Assembly: GCA_035529075.1 (NCBI GenBank)
Contig: DATKXK010000005.1
Coordinates: 68,981 to 132,980 of the forward strand
Direction of reading: 5' to 3'
Length of the DNA stretch: 64,000 bases
Origin: Acidobacteriota bacterium
Lineage (GTDB): Bacteria > Zixibacteria > MSB-5A5 > GN15 > FEB-12
Shown: piece by piece, positions 61,030-64,000 of the stretch
How the letters are laid out: every line of letters starts with the position of its first letter
How positions within the stretch are numbered: position 1 is the first letter of the stretch
Notes under the pieces: model-generated
Told to the model about the DNA's origin: nothing
The model's database searches: none
What the model saw: the letters and a program-made list of their open reading frames with translations, nothing else
Translations under genes and position numbers: made by a program

Positions 61030-62148
61030 CTACCAGCAGCCGCCGCCGGCGCAACCGCCGCCGCCGCCGCCACAGCCGGCCTTTTCCTTTCGCTCGATCT
61101 TGCGCGTTATGGCCATCATCATCCCGATCTGCTGCGAGTTACTTCCCGATTCCTTGAAGGCATCGGTGAACGCAATCGAGTATTTCAGCTCCAGGGAAAA
61201 GCGGAAGTCGTACGATTGAAACGCGTATACGCCGCCAGCCAGGTGAAGGGCCATGGCCTGATCACTCTTGACGTAGGGATCGGAGCCGCTAGGGTACGTG
61301 GTTCCTTCGATGTTCTCTTCCATGATGAAGTGCATCCCGACGCCGCCGCCGACGAAAGGTGAAAAGTCGGCCTCACGATTGAAGACATAACGCAGGCCCA
61401 TGTCCCAGGTCAGCATCTGAATCGTCCTTTTGTCTATGGCAATACCCCAGACGGTCGTATCCGGCTCGGCGGTTCCGAAGGACCATCCGAAGGAGTTGTC
61501 GACCACGTACTTGCCCGCTTCATAGCGAATAATCCAGGCAAAAGAAAACAGGTTGCCCACGTTGGAGTATGAGTCGCCAAAGGGAATGCCGAAACCGAAG
61601 GCACCACCGGAGGTGATATAGGCTTTCCTGCGCATGGGTTCCCTGGCCTCCTGCTCGGTGACCGCGAAACGCGTGGCCTCAGACTCTATCTGCCTGCGTT
61701 GCGCCACGGCCTCGGCAAGCTTGCGGAGGGTTACTTCCAGGTCGTCAAGGGAACCGGCCGAGAAGCGGTCGTCGAAGACGACCTCCTTTCTGACAACGCT
61801 GACGAGCTTCACTTCGGCGGTTATCTTCTGGCCCAGCTTGGTCAGCGAGCCGATTATGGCGTTTTCCGCCCCCGTTTTGTACCCGTAGTCGGCCGCACAG
61901 GCGACCTCGTGGCACGTGAAGTCGGTTATTCCTTCCTCGGCCAGGGCTGCCTCCATCTCTCCCTTTTGGATTACGGAGAACTTCCCGGTAGCGGCGAGTT
62001 CATTTCTGAAGATGTGAGTGGCGGCCTGAATCGTCTGTGCGTCAATGCCTATGCCGGCAAAGTCGAATACGACCGCCCGTTCTTGGGCTGTGCCTGTTCC
62101 GATCAGGACTAACCAGAATAAACACAAACAGATGCTCCTATGAAGCAT
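61030..62148 (-). CDS. Exported two-domain protein: CsgG/LpoB-like N-domain + small beta-barrel-like C-domain, ending in a Cys/Gly tail
   Basis: ATG at 62148 with GGGAGGA upstream gives MLHRSICLCLFWLVLIGTGTAQ. ERAVVFDFAGIG...GKFSVIQKGEMEAAL...AENAIIGSLTKLGQKITAEVKLV. Aromatic-rich strand pattern. C-terminus is KAGCGGGGGGCAGGGCW. Confidence 0.6.
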   Translation of the reverse strand: MLHRSICLCLFWLVLIGTGTAQERAVVFDFAGIGIDAQTIQAATHIFRNELAATGKFSVIQKGEMEAALAEEGITDFTCHEVACAADYGYKTGAENAIIGSLTKLGQKITAEVKLVSVVRKEVVFDDRFSAGSLDDLEVTLRKLAEAVAQRRQIESEATRFAVTEQEAREPMRRKAYITSGGAFGFGIPFGDSYSNVGNLFSFAWIIRYEAGKYVVDNSFGWSFGTAEPDTTVWGIAIDKRTIQMLTWDMGLRYVFNREADFSPFVGGGVGMHFIMEENIEGTTYPSGSDPYVKSDQAMALHLAGGVYAFQSYDFRFSLELKYSIAFTDAFKESGSNSQQIGMMMAITRKIERKEKAGCGGGGGGCAGGGCW

Positions 62149-62423
62149 GCATTCCTCCCGCGCTGCAGTGGATTGTGAGTTATCTGAGCCCATTGGTAAT
62201 CAGTTCTGGTGGGCAAGTCAATCTATTTTATTCGGGTTAATTGTGTCTCGAATGGCAGTCCGGATCCGCTTTCGGTTGCCCTGCAATATATTGGCAAGGG
62301 CGATATAAAGTAGTTGCAGTCGGCGCGATCAGGTATATAGTTTCCGAAAGTCGCCAGTATTCAACGTTTCGGTCAGGTTAGCAGCGTGTTGTCTATGACA
62401 GGATATTAAAGGAGGTGTGTGTT

Positions 62424-63476
62424 ATGCTGGAAAAGATCGCTAAACTGCTCGGAAGCGACGCGGATAACCTTCTCAAGCATACGTGCAAAACGGTATCGAG
62501 GGATAAGCTCCACCTGCCCGGTCCCGACTACGTGGAGAGGGTAGTCTACAACTCGGATCGCTCAGTGCCGGTTCTGAGAAACTTGCAGGCCTTGTTTGAC
62601 CACGGCAAGCTGGCGGGCACCGGATACCTTTCGGTCCTGCCGGTAGACCAGGGGATAGAACACAGCGCCGGAGCGAGTTTTGCCCCGAATCCGGACTGTT
62701 TCGATCCCGAGAACATTGTCAAACTGGCCATTGAGGGAGGCTGCAACGCCGTTGCCTCCACGCTCGGGGTCCTCGGTTCCGTGGCCAGGAAGTATGCCCA
62801 TCGAATCCCGTTCATCGTCAAGGCTAATCACAATGAACTTTTGACGTACCCCAACAAGTACGATCAGATCCTGTTTGCATCGGTTGACCAGGCGTGCGAC
62901 TTGGGAGCGGTTGCCATCGGCGCGACCATTTACTACGGCTCACCCGAGAGCAGCAGGCAGATTCAGGAAGTGGCTGATCTCTTCCATTATGCGCACAGCA
63001 GGGGTCTGGTGACGGTACTCTGGGCGTACCTGAGAAACCCGGCCTTCAAGACGGAACAGGCGGACTACCATGTTTCGGCAGACCTGACCGGGCAGGCCAA
63101 CTACCTTGCCGCCACGATTGAAGCCGACATCATAAAACAGAAGCAGCCGGAGAATAACGGCGGATTCAAGGCGCTGAAGTTCGGTAAGACTCACGAGGCG
63201 GTCTACAGCAAGCTGACCTCCGATCACCCCATCGACCTTACCCGTTACCAGCTGGTCAACAGTTTCATGGGTAGAGCGGGTCTCATCAATTCCGGCGGTG
63301 CCTCCGGCAAGGACGACCTTGCCCAGGCGGTCAGAACGGCCGTGATCAACAAGCGGGCCGGGGGCATGGGCATGATAAGCGGAAGGAAGGCGTTCCAGAA
63401 GCTCACAAAAGATGGCGTGGAACTTCTAAGTGCCATCCAGGACGTCTATCTCTGCAAGGAGGTAACTGTCGCCTGA
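62424..63476 (+). CDS. fbaB: Class I fructose-bisphosphate aldolase (DhnA/FbaB type)
   Basis: Collinear by eye with E. coli FbaB along its whole length: [115 protein letters not shown] lies 8 nt before the ATG at 62424. Confidence 0.95.
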   Translation: MLEKIAKLLGSDADNLLKHTCKTVSRDKLHLPGPDYVERVVYNSDRSVPVLRNLQALFDHGKLAGTGYLSVLPVDQGIEHSAGASFAPNPDCFDPENIVKLAIEGGCNAVASTLGVLGSVARKYAHRIPFIVKANHNELLTYPNKYDQILFASVDQACDLGAVAIGATIYYGSPESSRQIQEVADLFHYAHSRGLVTVLWAYLRNPAFKTEQADYHVSADLTGQANYLAATIEADIIKQKQPENNGGFKALKFGKTHEAVYSKLTSDHPIDLTRYQLVNSFMGRAGLINSGGASGKDDLAQAVRTAVINKRAGGMGMISGRKAFQKLTKDGVELLSAIQDVYLCKEVTVA

Positions 63477-63477
63477 T

Positions 63478-63606
63478 CGTCGGGAGATTGTCGCTCAGAC
63501 CACCTCGGATAACCGCGCCGTGATCTCCGTGTTCGAGAAGCGCGGATTCACGATCACCTACGGCGGCAGCGATTCAACCGTGGACGTCGTCAAGGAGCTG
63601 ACCTGA
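63478..63606 (+). pseudogene. Startless 43-codon fragment resembling the C-terminus of a GNAT acetyltransferase
   Basis: RREIVAQTTSDNRAVISVFEKRGFTITYGGSDSTVDVVKELT*. The frame opens only 12 nt upstream (after a TAA) and has no ATG/GTG/TTG. The N..A(V/M)I.(V/L).EK.GF pattern is GNAT-like. Confidence 0.3.
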
Positions 63607-63649
63607 CTCGCCGGAGACAGGCCGCGGGTCGCGTCACTGGCCGTTCGCG

Positions 63650-64000
63650 CTAAGCCCGCGCTGCCTTCGGTCTGTAGATGGCCGCAATGATAAGCCCGGC
63701 CAGGATCATCTCGACCGGGTAACCGATCACCAGGCCCGCGGCCAGCTTGCCCGTCATCGGGTACACCGCGTAATGGGCCAGCGTAGACGATACCCCGAAC
63801 GTGATGCCGATTAACAGTCCGAACCGAAAACCTTCGGCCAGACCCCGGTTCTCGCGACCCTTGATGAAGATGTAGCAAAAGCCGAACGACAGCAAAAACT
63901 CACTGATCAGCACCCAGAGGAAAAACTCGCCGCCCATGGTGGTACGGAGAAGGTGCGCAATGTCCTGGTAATACCCCTCGAGCACGACTGCATGAAGCAG
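63650..64000 (-). CDS. Small multi-pass membrane protein (5' end possibly beyond window)
   Basis: Three hydrophobic segments: FFLWVLISEFLLSFGFCYIF, FRFGLLIGITFGVSSTLAHYAV, LVIGYPVEMILAGLIIAAIY. The frame stays open to the window edge. No family recognised. Confidence 0.5.
   Translation of the reverse strand: MLHAVVLEGYYQDIAHLLRTTMGGEFFLWVLISEFLLSFGFCYIFIKGRENRGLAEGFRFGLLIGITFGVSSTLAHYAVYPMTGKLAAGLVIGYPVEMILAGLIIAAIYRPKAARA

Overview
GC-rich 64-kb bacterial chromosomal fragment (composition judged by eye, not computed). It is densely coding, with about 50 protein genes on both strands. I recognised no rRNA, tRNA, CRISPR array, transposase or integrase. Gene content is dominated by exported or envelope proteins and hydrolases: M32 carboxypeptidase, S9 prolyl oligopeptidase, an M16 pair, S58/DmpA peptidase, a retropepsin-like/PDZ protein, an HExxH protease with a T9SS-type C-terminal sorting domain, two metallophosphoesterases, and PKD/DUF11, Kelch and propeller repeat proteins. 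The T9SS-type sorting tails and dockerin-like motifs suggest an uncultivated FCB-group-like lineage; this is inference only. Housekeeping-type genes include an RRM RNA-binding protein, class I aldolase fbaB, an AlkD-like repair protein and a YdiJ-like FAD/Fe-S oxidoreductase. The most unusual part is 47.3-56.1 kb, an Rnf-type locus. A divergent apbE faces an operon of a Zn-ribbon protein, a membrane-anchored octahaem cytochrome c, RnfC, D, G, E, A and RnfB. In this operon RnfC has lost the Gly-rich NADH/FMN motifs, RnfD has Glu where the flavinylated Thr should be, and RnfB is fused to a GltD-like NAD(P)H/FAD module. Other items worth follow-up: (1) an ECF sigma / zf-HC2 anti-sigma / exported TPR-CHAT protease trio; (2) a ~325-bp direct repeat at exactly 3100-bp spacing, bracketing a Kelch-TSP3-dockerin-TolB mosaic gene and leaving truncated CHAT and apbE ends; (3) a decayed T9SS tail separated from that gene by one in-frame TAG; (4) a four-gene YidD-like envelope cluster. 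All function calls come from motifs read by eye in the supplied translations. No database search was run.
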